The position numbers and the translations under genes are program-made. Below, one piece after another: positions 1 to 10,527 of a stretch of DNA of 64,000 bases. The notes below the pieces were generated by a model. The model did no database searches. It saw only the letters and a list, made by a program, of their open reading frames with translations, and was not told the DNA's origin. Each line of letters starts with the position of its first letter. Position 1 is the first letter of the stretch. This DNA comes from Aulosira sp. ZfuVER01 (GTDB lineage Bacteria; Cyanobacteriota; Cyanobacteriia; Cyanobacteriales; Nostocaceae): NCBI GenBank assembly GCA_034530615.2, contig JAVRCV020000051.1:80803-144802 (forward strand). Direction: 5' to 3'.

Positions 1-512
1 AGGTCTTCTCGCCCCAAGCAGCGCGATAAAACATGACGAAACGGATGAATCCGCGCTTCCTCGAAAGTAATGTCACCTAGTTTAATTGCTCTGGCTACCC
101 AAGTATGGTCTTCTGTAATCTGTTCTAATTGCGATCCTCGCAAGCGGTAAAGCCTAGAGTCGCCAACATGGGCGCACCAAGGCGACTCTGGGTCGCGAAA
201 AATTACCACTACAGCCGTTGTACCCATGTCAGCCCGTTCGGGATGATCTTGCTGATCCTGCAAAATAGCTTCATTAGCCCGCCACAGCGCTTGGACCAAT
301 AATTCCTGAGAAGACTGAGAAGATAGCCAATTCGCTGTTAAATACTCCTGAATTTCTCGAGTAGCAATCCGGCTGGCTTCCTCTCCGCCTGCATGACCAC
401 CCATACCATCAGCAACGATGCAAAATCGCTGCTCTGAGTCAATATAGTAGGCATCCTGATTATTAGAACGAATAAGTCCCGGATCGCTCAGACCCGTGAA
501 ATTAAGTTTCAT
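1..512 (-). CDS. PP2C-family Ser/Thr protein phosphatase (3' end outside window)
   Basis: Not in the ORF track. Manual translation from ATG at 512 gives MKLNFTGLSDPGLIRSNNQD...IVADGMGGHAGGEEASRIA...DMGTT...AHVGDSRLY, which are PP2C motifs. Confidence 0.9.
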   Translation of the reverse strand, partial: MKLNFTGLSDPGLIRSNNQDAYYIDSEQRFCIVADGMGGHAGGEEASRIATREIQEYLTANWLSSQSSQELLVQALWRANEAILQDQQDHPERADMGTTAVVVIFRDPESPWCAHVGDSRLYRLRGSQLEQITEDHTWVARAIKLGDITFEEARIHPFRHVLSRCLGRED

Positions 513-530
513 AAATTTTTACTGCGAAAA

Positions 531-2267
531 TTAATACATACGGTCAGAACGTTCGAGACGTAAAAGCAAGCGAATAAGTAGACCTGCGATCGCGGCTGCA
601 ATTAAACCAGCCAGTACTGCTAAGAATACATATTTATTCACTAATAAAATAGTGCCTGAAAGTGTAAATCCACTGATGAGCAGCGCGTAGCTAATTCCGA
701 TTTGAATATTGCTTTGCCGTCTCAGCAGGCGTTCCGTTTCTAGAGAACGGACGCGCATACGCATATCGCCGCGCTCTAACTTTTCTAGTGTATCTTCTAA
801 TCTACGTGGTAAACCAAAAGCAGTTGTACTGACCTGAACTGCTTGGCGACTTAATTCATTTAGGAAGCTATTGCTCTGCTCACCATTCATATTGGTCATA
901 AGCTGCATTGCATAGGGTTTGGCAACTTCCATAAAATTAAATTCTGGATCTAAGCCCTTGCCAACTCCCTCAAGAGTGGAAAAAGCTCGCATCACAAAAG
1001 TGAAGGTTGCAGGAAATCTAAATGGTTGATTATAAGCTATTTCGTACAGGTCGTCACTGATGGCTGCAACCGATTGGTTTTCAAAAGGCTTATCCATGAA
1101 ATTATCCAGCATATACTGGACAGAACGCCGCACTGGCCCCATATCATCTACTGGTGCGATCGCGCCCAAATCGATCAAAGATTGCACAACGCGATCGCCA
1201 TCTTTTTGGGCAATGCCGAACAGCGTTTCCATCAGTCCTTCACGTATATTGGATTTAATCCGCCCCATCATGCCGAAATCGTAGAATATCAAATCACCAT
1301 TGGGGCTAACAGCAATATTCCCGGGGTGGGGATCGGCATGGAAAAAGCCATTATTGAGCAGTTGCACTAGGTAAGCTTGGGCACCATAACGAGCAATGAG
1401 CTTACGATCCAAACCCGCCGCCTCTATAGCTTCGTACTGGCTAATTTTGATTCCCGGCACATATTCCAACGTCAGCACTTGGGGCGAGGTGTAACGCCAG
1501 TAAATTCTGGGTACTTTCACCCAATCGTAGCCACGAAAGTTACGCCTGAAAGTGTCAGCATTCCGACCTTCGTTCAGGTAATCAATTTCTTCCCAAAGAA
1601 TACGGCAACACTCTTCGTAAATTCCGAGCCAATCTCGGCCACGTCCCCATTTGGGATGGTTTTGAAAATAACGAGCAATTCCTTTAAGAATCTGTAAATC
1701 AATTTCAAATAACTTCTTCAGTCCCGGACGCTGCACCTTGACAACCACGGCTTCGCCACTATATAGCACAGCTTTGTGGACTTGCCCCAAACTAGCCGCT
1801 GCTAAAGGAATCGGATCAAAATTCTGGAAGAGTTCGGGAATTTTTTTACCTAGTTCTCGCTGAATAATCGCTTCTACTTGGTCATAGCTAAAAGCAGGTA
1901 CTTTGTCTTGTAGCTTTGCCAGTTCTTCTACATACTCGACTGGAAATATATCAGCACGAGTAGAAAATAACTGCCCAACTTTAATAAAGGTAGGCCCTAA
2001 GTCAAGCAAGGTATTACGAATCCAGATAGCTTGCGCTTTACGCCTTGCAGCTTGCTTGGCCTCAGTGATTCCGCCTGGATAACTCCAAGCTTTGTTGTAT
2101 CGCCAAAGCTTGAACATCAAGGTCAAAACAAAAGACCAGATGTCCACAAAGCGCCGTCTACTAGAATAATTTTCCCGATTCCAACGGTATGCCTTATCCG
2201 AATAACCTTTTTCCATATTTGTTGCGTACCGTTGGTTTTTTACCGAATCACCTGGAAGAAAAGACAC
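531..2267 (-). CDS. ABC1/AarF/UbiB atypical kinase
   Basis: LGPTFIKVGQ, AAASLGQVHKA, VKVQRP, FFHADPHPGN and DFGM motifs; C-terminal TM helices. Alternative start at MEKG. Confidence 0.93.
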   Translation of the reverse strand: MSFLPGDSVKNQRYATNMEKGYSDKAYRWNRENYSSRRRFVDIWSFVLTLMFKLWRYNKAWSYPGGITEAKQAARRKAQAIWIRNTLLDLGPTFIKVGQLFSTRADIFPVEYVEELAKLQDKVPAFSYDQVEAIIQRELGKKIPELFQNFDPIPLAAASLGQVHKAVLYSGEAVVVKVQRPGLKKLFEIDLQILKGIARYFQNHPKWGRGRDWLGIYEECCRILWEEIDYLNEGRNADTFRRNFRGYDWVKVPRIYWRYTSPQVLTLEYVPGIKISQYEAIEAAGLDRKLIARYGAQAYLVQLLNNGFFHADPHPGNIAVSPNGDLIFYDFGMMGRIKSNIREGLMETLFGIAQKDGDRVVQSLIDLGAIAPVDDMGPVRRSVQYMLDNFMDKPFENQSVAAISDDLYEIAYNQPFRFPATFTFVMRAFSTLEGVGKGLDPEFNFMEVAKPYAMQLMTNMNGEQSNSFLNELSRQAVQVSTTAFGLPRRLEDTLEKLERGDMRMRVRSLETERLLRRQSNIQIGISYALLISGFTLSGTILLVNKYVFLAVLAGLIAAAIAGLLIRLLLRLERSDRMY

Positions 2268-2295
2268 TCTGATTCCTAAACTGTTTGCGATCGTA

Positions 2296-2365
2296 ATGTC
2301 ATTTGTCCGCTATTGTTTGTCATTTGTCTATAAATGCTGACTCATGACCAATGACCAATGACTAA
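2296..2365. repeat. STRR-like heptamer repeats (TCATTTG / ATGACCA)
   Basis: Degenerate tandem 7-mers in both orientations, e.g. atgacca-atgacca-atgacta. Confidence 0.5.
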
Positions 2366-2395
2366 ATATGCTTCCTAGTAGATTTTTCTCAAACT

Positions 2396-2722
2396 TTATA
2401 CAGAACTACTACGATACTTTTGCAATTCGGTACGCAATAGGGCGATTTCGGCTCGTAGTTCATCAATCATGGCTTGCAAGTCTACTGGCTCAGATCCGCT
2501 GGGTCCGCGTACTGTGGTAGGTTGACCAACATTAGCAGCATCAGCAGCTCGATTAGCCCGTTCTAGAACTTCATCTGTGAACTGGCGCAACTGTTCTCTA
2601 GCTTCAGCATCAAATTTGCCAAGTTCGCTTAAAGCATCAGTCAAGGCGACCTCTAAGCGTTCGTTGACTACTTCAGCTACAGCTCTACCGACAAAAAAGG
2701 CTTGCAAAAGGGGGTTACTCAT
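2396..2722 (-). CDS. Conserved cyanobacterial hypothetical protein (DUF6825-like), upstream of ABC1 kinase
   Basis: MSNPLLQAFFVGRAVAE start; C-terminal coiled coil DELRAEIALLRTELQ. Confidence 0.75.
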   Translation of the reverse strand: MSNPLLQAFFVGRAVAEVVNERLEVALTDALSELGKFDAEAREQLRQFTDEVLERANRAADAANVGQPTTVRGPSGSEPVDLQAMIDELRAEIALLRTELQKYRSSSV

Positions 2723-2874
2723 AAATTTTTGTTACGTCTCTCCGCAAGAGAATTATAACTTGCTCGTATGCTTTGCGGCTTCTACTGTGGAGATATATAT
2801 TGGCTGGGCAAACTTCCAGCCCAGATCGCCTTGGAAACTTCTAGTTCAAATTTGCAAGCATTTATTCTGTATCG

Positions 2875-3201
2875 CTAAGGTGACTCAGCGAATGGGTTAG
2901 GTAATTTTGATGCACTCGCAATCTGGAATGATACTTGAGGATAAGCACTACATTTCTTTTTGGCGATCGCCAGCATCTTATCTGAAATGTCTACCCCAAC
3001 AATCTGTTGCGATGAATATTCAGCTAGCAGTAACCATTCAAACTCACCAGTGCCACAGGCAACATCAAGTATAGTATCTGTTGGTGATATCTCTGCCCAG
3101 GTTTTGAGGAAAGATAATGTGTTATCTATATAACTTTTCCAACGTAGATCGTAAACAGTAGCTAACTGGTCGTACTGTTTGCGAACTATAGTTTCACTCA
3201 T
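2875..3201 (-). pseudogene. C-terminally truncated class I SAM methyltransferase
   Basis: ILDVACGTG motif I and GVDIS are present, but the ORF stops after SASKLP at 108 aa; the second half of the fold is missing. Confidence 0.7.
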
Positions 3202-3218
3202 ATTATTTTTTGTAATAT

Positions 3219-3641
3219 TTATTCATGTTCAATAATTGGACAAATAGTTGAATGAGAATCATCCGGCTTGATTTCCCAACCAGAAAGCAACCCTGATAAT
3301 TCTTGTCTCAAAATCAGTAATTGCTGGATTTGTTCATCAATAGCTTTTACCTTATCTTCTAGTTTAGTTTTGATATGCTCACAAGGTAATTCACCTTCAT
3401 CATGAACATTTAAAAATTCCTTAATTTCTGATAAGCTTAATCCTAAGCTTTGAGCGCGTTTAATAAAGTGCAGTCGCTCTAAAACATCAGAGTTAAATAA
3501 TCTAAATCCGCCTTCGGTTCTTCCTGATGATTTGAGTAGACCAAGTTCTTCATAATAGCGAATAGTCTTAATTGGTACGCCGCTTTCTTTAGCAACTCTA
3601 CCAATCTGTTTTGCTTGTTCTTGGACTAACATACTTGTCAA
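3219..3641 (-). CDS. MerR-family heavy-metal-responsive regulator
   Basis: IGRVAKESGV..KTIRYYEELGLL HTH; GGFRLF; Cys in LPCEH and C-terminal CPII. Confidence 0.92.
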   Translation of the reverse strand: MTSMLVQEQAKQIGRVAKESGVPIKTIRYYEELGLLKSSGRTEGGFRLFNSDVLERLHFIKRAQSLGLSLSEIKEFLNVHDEGELPCEHIKTKLEDKVKAIDEQIQQLLILRQELSGLLSGWEIKPDDSHSTICPIIEHE

Positions 3642-3670
3642 AGCCTCAATGAGATATGATTACCGATCTT

Positions 3671-3702
3671 ATACTAAACTCTCCAGTTAGCTGGAGAGTC
3701 AA
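3671..3702 (-). promoter_or_regulatory. MerR-type promoter/operator for the regulator gene
   Basis: Minus strand TTGACT-20 bp-TAGTAT with dyad CTCTCCAG-N4-CTGGAGAG overlapping the spacer. Confidence 0.8.
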
Positions 3703-3728
3703 GCATGAAAAGCATCATTCTATCAAGC

Positions 3729-4325
3729 TTATGAGACACTGAGTTGAGTAGAAGCGGTTTCTTCACTAGTGGCTGCGGCTTGGACTGCGATCGCACCGCG
3801 AAACATATTCATACCGCAGGTGAAAGCATATTCACCTGGTTTTTCGGGTGTAAATTCCACAGCAGTGATTTGATTCAGGGGTAAATCTGCGGCAATGTGA
3901 AAGTCTGGAATCACAACTTGTTCTAAGCAACTGCTGGGATCTTTGCGTGTAAATTTCAGCCTTACTGGTATCCCGGCTTGCACGACAATTCGGCTGGGAT
4001 CGTATCCCCCATCAACGGTGATGCTAACTTCTTGGACATCTCCATCTGCTGCAACTGCTTTCTGAGACTTGGGTTTACTCAGCAAGAACCACCAAAGTTC
4101 TAAGCCAATTAATCCTAAGCCGCCTAGGGTGACAGTGATTTTGTTTCCTATTGGCTGATCGATACGTTGAAATTGATTGGTTTGGACTGTTGCAGATGAG
4201 TGTGTCTTATGGGATTTTTGTGCATTCACCGAAGATGTTGGCGAAGCCATCGCTTCACCAGATGCTATTCCGAAGACAATTCCTAAGCTGGCTATACTAC
4301 CGATGAGTGCTGTTTTGTTTACCAT
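3729..4325 (-). CDS. Membrane-anchored cupredoxin-domain protein (CupA-like copper chaperone)
   Basis: Signal/TM segments, then VDGGYDPSRIVV..SSCLE..FTCGMNMFRG; directly downstream of the Cu-ATPase. Confidence 0.85.
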   Translation of the reverse strand: MVNKTALIGSIASLGIVFGIASGEAMASPTSSVNAQKSHKTHSSATVQTNQFQRIDQPIGNKITVTLGGLGLIGLELWWFLLSKPKSQKAVAADGDVQEVSITVDGGYDPSRIVVQAGIPVRLKFTRKDPSSCLEQVVIPDFHIAADLPLNQITAVEFTPEKPGEYAFTCGMNMFRGAIAVQAAATSEETASTQLSVS

Positions 4326-4349
4326 TTAAAAACCTCTTACATGGATATA

Positions 4350-4410
4350 ATTCGTAGTTCGTAATACCCTACGGGAAGCCGCACTTCGTGCGTCTACGTA
4401 ATTCGTCATT
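4350..4410. repeat. AATTCGT heptamer tract interrupted by a small hairpin repeat
   Basis: aattcgt-agttcgt-aat [accctacgggaagccgcacttcgtgcgtctac] gt-aattcgt. Confidence 0.45.
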
Positions 4411-4562
4411 AAGAAAGTCAGCTATGGTCTGAGTTTTGGGAATTGAAAGAGAATTAGTGTAAGTTTCCAGCTACACTAAAATTCCTGAAATCACTCCCAG
4501 CAGAAATCCAAATCCTGCTAAAGTCCCGAAAAATATGGTTTGATTGAACATTGTTATTTCCT

Positions 4563-6824
4563 CTATCCGAGTGTTTTAGGTTGGAACTTACGCAAACGCA
4601 GCGCATTGGTGACTACGGAAACTGAACTAAAGGCCATTGCTGCACCGGCGATGATGGGGTTAAGTAACCAACCGAAGATGGGGAAAAGAATTCCGGCGGC
4701 GATGGGAATACCAGCAACGTTGTAAATGAAGGCGAAGAATAGGTTTTGGCGAATGTTGCGAATTGTGGCGCGGCTGAGTTGAATTGCTGTAACTATGGCT
4801 TGCAAATCGCCAGAGATTAAGGTGATGTCACTAGCTGCGATCGCTACATCTGTACCAGTCCCAATTGCAATTCCCACATCGGCTTGAGCTAAGGCTGGTG
4901 CATCATTTATCCCATCACCAACCATTGCGATAATTTTGCCTTCTGCTTGTAGTGCTTGTACTGTCGCCGCTTTTTGCTCAGGGCGGACTTCTGCTAAGAC
5001 TCTTTTGATACCAACTTCACGAGCAATGCTTTCTGCGGTGCGGCGGTTATCGCCTGTGAGCATGACAACTTCTAAACCGAGTTTTTGCAATGCTCTCACA
5101 GCCTGGGTAGAGGTGGGTTTAATGGCATCAGCAATCCCCATCAATCCTTTGATTTCGCCGTCAACTGCTAACCAAACTGCGGTTTTACCCAGGTATTCTA
5201 AGCATTCTTTATCTTGTTGCAAGGCTTGAGTGTTAATACTCAACTCTTCCATCCAGCGTTGTGTCCCAATTTGCACCAGACGGTTAGAAACAATACCTTG
5301 GACACCGCTACCTGCCACGGCTTCAAAATCTCTGACATCTGCTAATGATACTTCCTGAGATTGGGCATATCGAACAACTGCTTCTGCCAATGGGTGTTCA
5401 GAATTGCGTTCTAAGGATGCTGCTAGTTGTATCAGCTTAATTTCGTTGCCGTTGAGTGTACCGTTAACTGTCAGAAAATCTGTAACTGTCGGTTTACCTT
5501 GGGTAATTGTGCCTGTTTTGTCTAAGACAATTGTTTGAATTTGGTGTGCTATTTCTAAGCTTTCGGCTCCCTTAATTAAAATGCCGTTTTCTGCACCTTT
5601 ACCTGTGCCTACCATCACGGAGGTTGGTGTAGCTAAACCCAAGGCACAAGGACAAGCGATAATTAACACCCCAACTGTGGTAATCAACGCCAGGGTGACA
5701 TTGCCCATAATGTTATACCAAATTATGAAAGTAAGAATAGCGATCGCAATTACCGCAGGCACAAACCACCCAGTAACTTGGTCTGCTAGTCTTTGAATTG
5801 GGGCTTTTGAGCCTTGAGCCTGCTGCACTAATTGAACAATCTGCGCCAGTACAGTATCCTTACCAACTCTTGTCGCCCGAAACTTAAAACTTCCTGTTTT
5901 ATTGATGGTTGCGCCGATAACTTCATCCCCTGGCTGCTTTTTCACGGGTACACTTTCACCAGTCACCATCGCTTCATCAATTGTGGATGTCCCGTCAACT
6001 ACTTCCCCATCAACCGGAATTTTCTCCCCAGGCCGAACCAGCACTACATCACCAATTTCTACTTGTTCAATCGGGACATCTATTTCTCGCCCGTTACGAA
6101 TCAACCGTGCGGTTTTAGCCTGCAAACCAATTAGCTTGCGGATAGCTTCTGAAGTTTGTCCTTTAGCCCGATTTTCAAATAGCCGTCCTAACAAAATCAA
6201 GGTAATGACAATTGCCGCAGTTTCATAATACACATCTGGCCTCAAACCCTGAGCAATTAAAAAGCCAGGAAACAAAGTGACAAATAGGGAATAGAAATAT
6301 GCTGCACTTGTACCCAAAGCTATTAAAGTATCCATTGTGGCAGCATGGCGTTTGAAAGCTTTCCAGGTATTGATATAGAACGAGTAACCACACCAGAACT
6401 GTACAGGAGTGGTGAGGACTAATTGCAGCCAAGGGTTATGCAACCATGTGGGAATCCAAGATAGGTATAACCCTGTCATCATTGGTAGTGAGCCGATCGC
6501 CAACACAATGCAAATAATGCCCCCTACCGCCACCTTTAGCTGCAAATTGCGGGATTCTTTCAGGCGAGATCTTTTTTCTTCATCATCTTCTCCCGCCATC
6601 AAATTTTGTTCTTGGAGGGGATAGGCAGAATAACCTGCTGCATCCACTGCATCTTGGATAGCTTGTAAATCGGTTTTTCTGGGGTCATAATCAACTGTTG
6701 CCTGTTCTGCCCCAAAATTCACACTACATTCATTTACGCCTGGGACAGAACTGATAGCGTCTTCTACACTTCTGGCACAGGAAGCGCAACTCATACCGCG
6801 CAGCTTAAGTGTCGCATTCTCCAT
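4563..6824 (-). CDS. copA: Cu(I)-translocating P1B-1 ATPase (CopA/PacS type)
   Basis: GMSCASC metal-binding domain, [26 protein letters not shown] and MAFSS motifs. Confidence 0.95.
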   Translation of the reverse strand: MENATLKLRGMSCASCARSVEDAISSVPGVNECSVNFGAEQATVDYDPRKTDLQAIQDAVDAAGYSAYPLQEQNLMAGEDDEEKRSRLKESRNLQLKVAVGGIICIVLAIGSLPMMTGLYLSWIPTWLHNPWLQLVLTTPVQFWCGYSFYINTWKAFKRHAATMDTLIALGTSAAYFYSLFVTLFPGFLIAQGLRPDVYYETAAIVITLILLGRLFENRAKGQTSEAIRKLIGLQAKTARLIRNGREIDVPIEQVEIGDVVLVRPGEKIPVDGEVVDGTSTIDEAMVTGESVPVKKQPGDEVIGATINKTGSFKFRATRVGKDTVLAQIVQLVQQAQGSKAPIQRLADQVTGWFVPAVIAIAILTFIIWYNIMGNVTLALITTVGVLIIACPCALGLATPTSVMVGTGKGAENGILIKGAESLEIAHQIQTIVLDKTGTITQGKPTVTDFLTVNGTLNGNEIKLIQLAASLERNSEHPLAEAVVRYAQSQEVSLADVRDFEAVAGSGVQGIVSNRLVQIGTQRWMEELSINTQALQQDKECLEYLGKTAVWLAVDGEIKGLMGIADAIKPTSTQAVRALQKLGLEVVMLTGDNRRTAESIAREVGIKRVLAEVRPEQKAATVQALQAEGKIIAMVGDGINDAPALAQADVGIAIGTGTDVAIAASDITLISGDLQAIVTAIQLSRATIRNIRQNLFFAFIYNVAGIPIAAGILFPIFGWLLNPIIAGAAMAFSSVSVVTNALRLRKFQPKTLG

Positions 6825-6865
6825 TTGAAAGCTCCAATTATCAAGTCATGTTCAAGACTGATTTC

Positions 6866-6897
6866 ATCTTGAATCCTCCAGTGAACTAGAGTGTCAA
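6866..6897 (-). promoter_or_regulatory. MerR-type promoter/operator for copA
   Basis: Minus strand TTGACA-20 bp-CAAGAT with dyad CTCTAGT-TC-ACTGGAG, similar to the site at 3671-3702. Confidence 0.75.
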
Positions 6898-7006
6898 GAG
6901 GGTAGAGAAAAAAATTGGAACTACGCAAAAAGTCCTTTCTCAAATAACTTTGCAGCTATTTCCCAATACATTAACTGAACTAAGGAAAAATTTCTGTTCA
7001 AGTCCC

Positions 7007-7038
7007 TAGACTCTCCAGTGAACTAGATATTTGAAGAT
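7007..7038 (+). promoter_or_regulatory. Third, divergent MerR-type promoter/operator
   Basis: Plus strand TAGACT-20 bp-GAAGAT; the spacer CTCCAGTGAACTAGA matches the copA operator. Confidence 0.6.
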
Positions 7039-7925
7039 AAACTCCAGCAAATAAACACCAGCTTGTTCTAAAGTTGGGAAAGCTTTGGGGATGAAAACCA
7101 AAAAGGCGATCGCTAGAGCGCAAAATTTGCTTATGGTTATACCAATGCAAGAAACTAGACTTTTATTAGCAGCAGTTATACTCACACAATTAGATGCTAA
7201 ACACAGCAGATAATTGACTGCAATAATTCAATTCATCATAGTTAGGATTCTCTTGACTCATGGTTACTGAAGGATTTTATCGTCGTCCCTTACCTCCTCC
7301 TAGTATTTCTTTTGCTTCCCCACAGGGACGACAAATCTTTCAAGAGGCGATCGCATAAAGTAGCTGTGTAGGCTTGTACTGTATTACACCAGTCGCAAAC
7401 AGTTATAAGAAAGGATATCAGACGATTATCCCATTAATAAGATAAGAACTTATATATCTTGACATTTATTAGATTTTATCTAGCACTTATTCAATCCATA
7501 TCCAATACAAATTGTCAATTATAAATTGTAAAAGTTATAAGAATTTACCTTCTGCTGGAGTAAAGATTGAGTAAAAACATCCTCTTTTATCCTCCAGGCA
7601 AAGATACGAACTTTTAGATATTTCACCTTTAAATCTGAGTTGCCATACTCAGTACAAGTGATCGAGTTTACGGTTAAAAAATATCTGACAAACACTCAAC
7701 CAGAAAGCTAAGAGCGATCGCACTTACCCTATTACGGTTTGTAGGTTGGGCATGCAGTGCAGATTTGTTTGAGCTAGCCATACTCCTCTAAGAATCTTCT
7801 AGTAATTTTTGCGGGTACGGGTAGCCTCTATTAGTTTTCTGATCGAGCAAAGTTATTACGACTGCAAAATTCCCTGAGTCAGCATCTCCACTGTTAACCA
7901 TTACCTTTTTCTAGTAATTAGTTTT

Positions 7926-8687
7926 ATGGCAACTTTAAATCTTCTGACGAAATTTTCCATTGCGATGACTGCTACTACAGCATTGGGATTTTTTGCTTCT
8001 TCCGCCAGTGCTTTAACCCTAACTGATACTTCTGCTAACTGGAGTAATACTGTTGGTGGAAGTAATGTCATATATCAAACTGTGGGTACGGAAAAGCAAG
8101 TACGTTGGGGACAAGATATAGGCAATGGTCAAAGTGGATTAGGATTTCTCGGAGCTACCTCAGTCACCTTCAATCCCGATCAAGTCTTTCAAATCGGGAC
8201 TCTCAAACACTATAACAACGCAATAGCAGGTGGAAGTGCTGCCTCACAAGTTGATTTTGACCTTGCTTTAAACTTTAGCAACCCAAGTGTAAGCACACAA
8301 CCATTCAAATTTAGCTTTGGTATTGACGAAACGCCCAATTCTGGGAATGTCAATGATTGTCCTTATTACAGTACTGCTGTCTGCTCTGATAAAATTTCCT
8401 TCTCTACCCTACCTAACTTAAACACCTTTAATGTTGCTGGTGTGGATTATACGCTCCAGTTGCTAGGATTCAGTGAGACTCCTAATGGCACACCTACAAA
8501 CTACTTCATTTCACAGGAAGGGGGTACTAGCTTGGCTAACCTTTACGCCAAGATTACTGTTGCTACACCATCAACACAAAGTGTCCCTGAGCCAAGTTCT
8601 GGCTTAAGCATATTTGCCTTTGGTGTTTTAGCTGCTGGTTCTATGTTAAATCGCAAACAGCGTTTGAAAGCTATAGCTAAAGTATAG
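7926..8687 (+). CDS. Secreted PEP-CTERM protein (choice-of-anchor K-like domain)
   Basis: Signal peptide; VRWG..SGLGF, LKHYNNAI, IDETPN motifs; VPEPSS followed by TM and basic tail. Confidence 0.85.
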   Translation: MATLNLLTKFSIAMTATTALGFFASSASALTLTDTSANWSNTVGGSNVIYQTVGTEKQVRWGQDIGNGQSGLGFLGATSVTFNPDQVFQIGTLKHYNNAIAGGSAASQVDFDLALNFSNPSVSTQPFKFSFGIDETPNSGNVNDCPYYSTAVCSDKISFSTLPNLNTFNVAGVDYTLQLLGFSETPNGTPTNYFISQEGGTSLANLYAKITVATPSTQSVPEPSSGLSIFAFGVLAAGSMLNRKQRLKAIAKV

Positions 8688-8726
8688 GCCGATCAATTCA
8701 GTTGCTTAAAATAAGATTTTGTAATT

Positions 8727-8766
8727 GCTGTTTCTTTCTGAACAAGAGACAGCTATTTTGTCTTTT
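8727..8766 (+). terminator. Probable intrinsic terminator
   Basis: GCTGTTTCTT-loop-AAGAGACAGC followed by a T-rich tract. Confidence 0.55.
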
Positions 8767-8800
8767 TGGCTACGTGCGATCGCTCTTTACCAAAATAACC

Positions 8801-8839
8801 CACGGATAGACTAGTATAAATTATGCTAGTCTATCTGTG
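8801..8839. repeat. 39-bp near-perfect palindrome immediately upstream of the AAA gene
   Basis: CACGGATAGACTAGTATAA-A-TTATGCTAGTCTATCTGTG; both mismatches are G-T pairs. Confidence 0.8.
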
Positions 8840-8848
8840 CCTTAAATT

Positions 8849-10309
8849 ATGATGAAAAATATGCAGGGAGGATTAGAGTTTGTCGAACAATTAATTTATG
8901 CCAAGACAGGGAAATCACTTACAGCTATCCAAAAGGTAGTATTACAGCAATCTTGGGAAGAACAAAGAAAAACTTACAACCAGATTGCCCAAGAGTTTAA
9001 CTATTCTGAGAGCTACATTAAGCAAACGGTCGCCCCTCAATTATGGAAACTGCTTTCAGAAGTTCTAGGGGAAAAAGTCAATAAAAATAATGTTCGTGCT
9101 GTATTAGAAAGACGAAAAGTAAACCAAAGTTCTACGAGAAGTCAAAACCTAGTTGAGATATTGAGAAAGCGATTAGAGCCTTATTACAGTGGGCAAATAC
9201 AGTTCGTTCCTAAAAAGGACACTGTAGATATTTCATTAACAAACCATTCAGAATTGCTTTCTTTATCTACGAAATTAACAACAGAAATTAATCCAAAAAC
9301 AATAGAGTTAGAACTACCAAAAGGATCTGTACCTTTGGCTTCTGCTTTTTACATTGAGCGAATCCCCAATGAACGCAGGTGTTACGAAGAGATTATCAAA
9401 CCTGGATCTCTAATTCATATTAAAGCGCCTAGACAAATGGGCAAAACCTCGTTTATGGTTAGGGTTCTGGCTCATGCAGCCATCTTAGGCTATCGAACTG
9501 TGAGTTTGAATCTTTTACAGGCAGATCGGGCAATCTTGACTGATCTGAATAAATTATTACGTTGGTTATGTGCCAGTATTACCCACAAGCTAAAGCTCAA
9601 AAACCGACTAGATAATTACTGGGATGAGGATTTAGGCTGTAAGGCAAACTGCACGCTCTATTTTCAAGAATATTTGTTGACGCAAATAGATAATCCTTTA
9701 GTCTTAGCATTGGATGAAGTAAACGAAATTTTTGAGTATCCCGAAATTGCCCAAGACTTTTTATCTCTATTACGTTCTTGGTATGAAGAAGCAAAAGATA
9801 GTGAAATATGGAAAAAACTCAGATTAATAGTTATTAACTCTACAGAAGTATATATTCCTTTAAATATTCATAAATCTCCATTTCAGGTAGGCTTATCAGT
9901 ACAGTTGCGCTCATTTAGCTGGGAGCAAGTGCAGGATTTAGCTTGGCGTCATCAACTTAATATCTCAATAGGCGAACTGGCCGAACTTATGTGGCTGATA
10001 GCTGGCCATCCTTATTTACTAAGGGTAGCCTTATATCATTTGGCGCAGCAGGATTTAACTTTGGCAGAACTGATGCAAACAGCAGCTTCCGATACAGGAA
10101 TTTACGGGGAATATCTGCACCAATTGTTATGGCATTTACAACAGCATCCAGAACTAGCAGTAGCCTTTGAGCAGGTGCTGAGGGCAAAAGCACCAATAGA
10201 GTTAGAGCAAGTACAGGCTTTTCGTTTACACAGTATGGGGCTAGTAAATATACGAGAAAATCACGTGATGGTCAGTTGTGATTTATACCAACGATATTTT
10301 GGTGGATAG
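8849..10309 (+). CDS. AAA_35-like P-loop NTPase with N-terminal HTH
   Basis: N-terminal TYNQIAQEFNYSESYIK..LWKLLSEVLGEKV HTH; Walker A KAPRQMGKTS; LALDEVN; AGHPYL. Confidence 0.85.
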   Translation: MMKNMQGGLEFVEQLIYAKTGKSLTAIQKVVLQQSWEEQRKTYNQIAQEFNYSESYIKQTVAPQLWKLLSEVLGEKVNKNNVRAVLERRKVNQSSTRSQNLVEILRKRLEPYYSGQIQFVPKKDTVDISLTNHSELLSLSTKLTTEINPKTIELELPKGSVPLASAFYIERIPNERRCYEEIIKPGSLIHIKAPRQMGKTSFMVRVLAHAAILGYRTVSLNLLQADRAILTDLNKLLRWLCASITHKLKLKNRLDNYWDEDLGCKANCTLYFQEYLLTQIDNPLVLALDEVNEIFEYPEIAQDFLSLLRSWYEEAKDSEIWKKLRLIVINSTEVYIPLNIHKSPFQVGLSVQLRSFSWEQVQDLAWRHQLNISIGELAELMWLIAGHPYLLRVALYHLAQQDLTLAELMQTAASDTGIYGEYLHQLLWHLQQHPELAVAFEQVLRAKAPIELEQVQAFRLHSMGLVNIRENHVMVSCDLYQRYFGG

Positions 10310-10317
10310 GATATATT

Positions 10318-10351
10318 GCGATCGCACTCCTAAATTCCCAAGTGCGATCGC
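10318..10351. repeat. 34-bp HIP1-tipped hairpin, copy 1
   Basis: GCGATCGCACT-CCTAAATTCCCA-AGTGCGATCGC, identical to 11198-11231. Confidence 0.95.
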
Positions 10352-10527
10352 CTGACTTGCCCTCTCTAATACCATTCTTCGAGGAGAAGCGTGAAGTTAG
10401 TTGAAGCTAAGGGTCTTGAGCAAGCATTGATTTTCCTCATACCTTTTCCTAACTACAATTATTTATATATAAAATATAATCAGCTATCTGGTAGTAGAAA
10501 TTCGTTTACTCAACCTGATTAAATACT

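Noticed and set aside
1026..1697. Short antisense ORFs over the ABC1 kinase (and similar ones over copA, acnB, the kinase and pentapeptide genes)
   Set aside because: Shadow ORFs of well-supported genes on the opposite strand, with no motifs.
7500..7925. c-di-GMP riboswitch upstream of the PEP-CTERM gene
   Set aside because: I could not match the GEMM P1/P2 consensus by eye; an Rfam scan would be needed.
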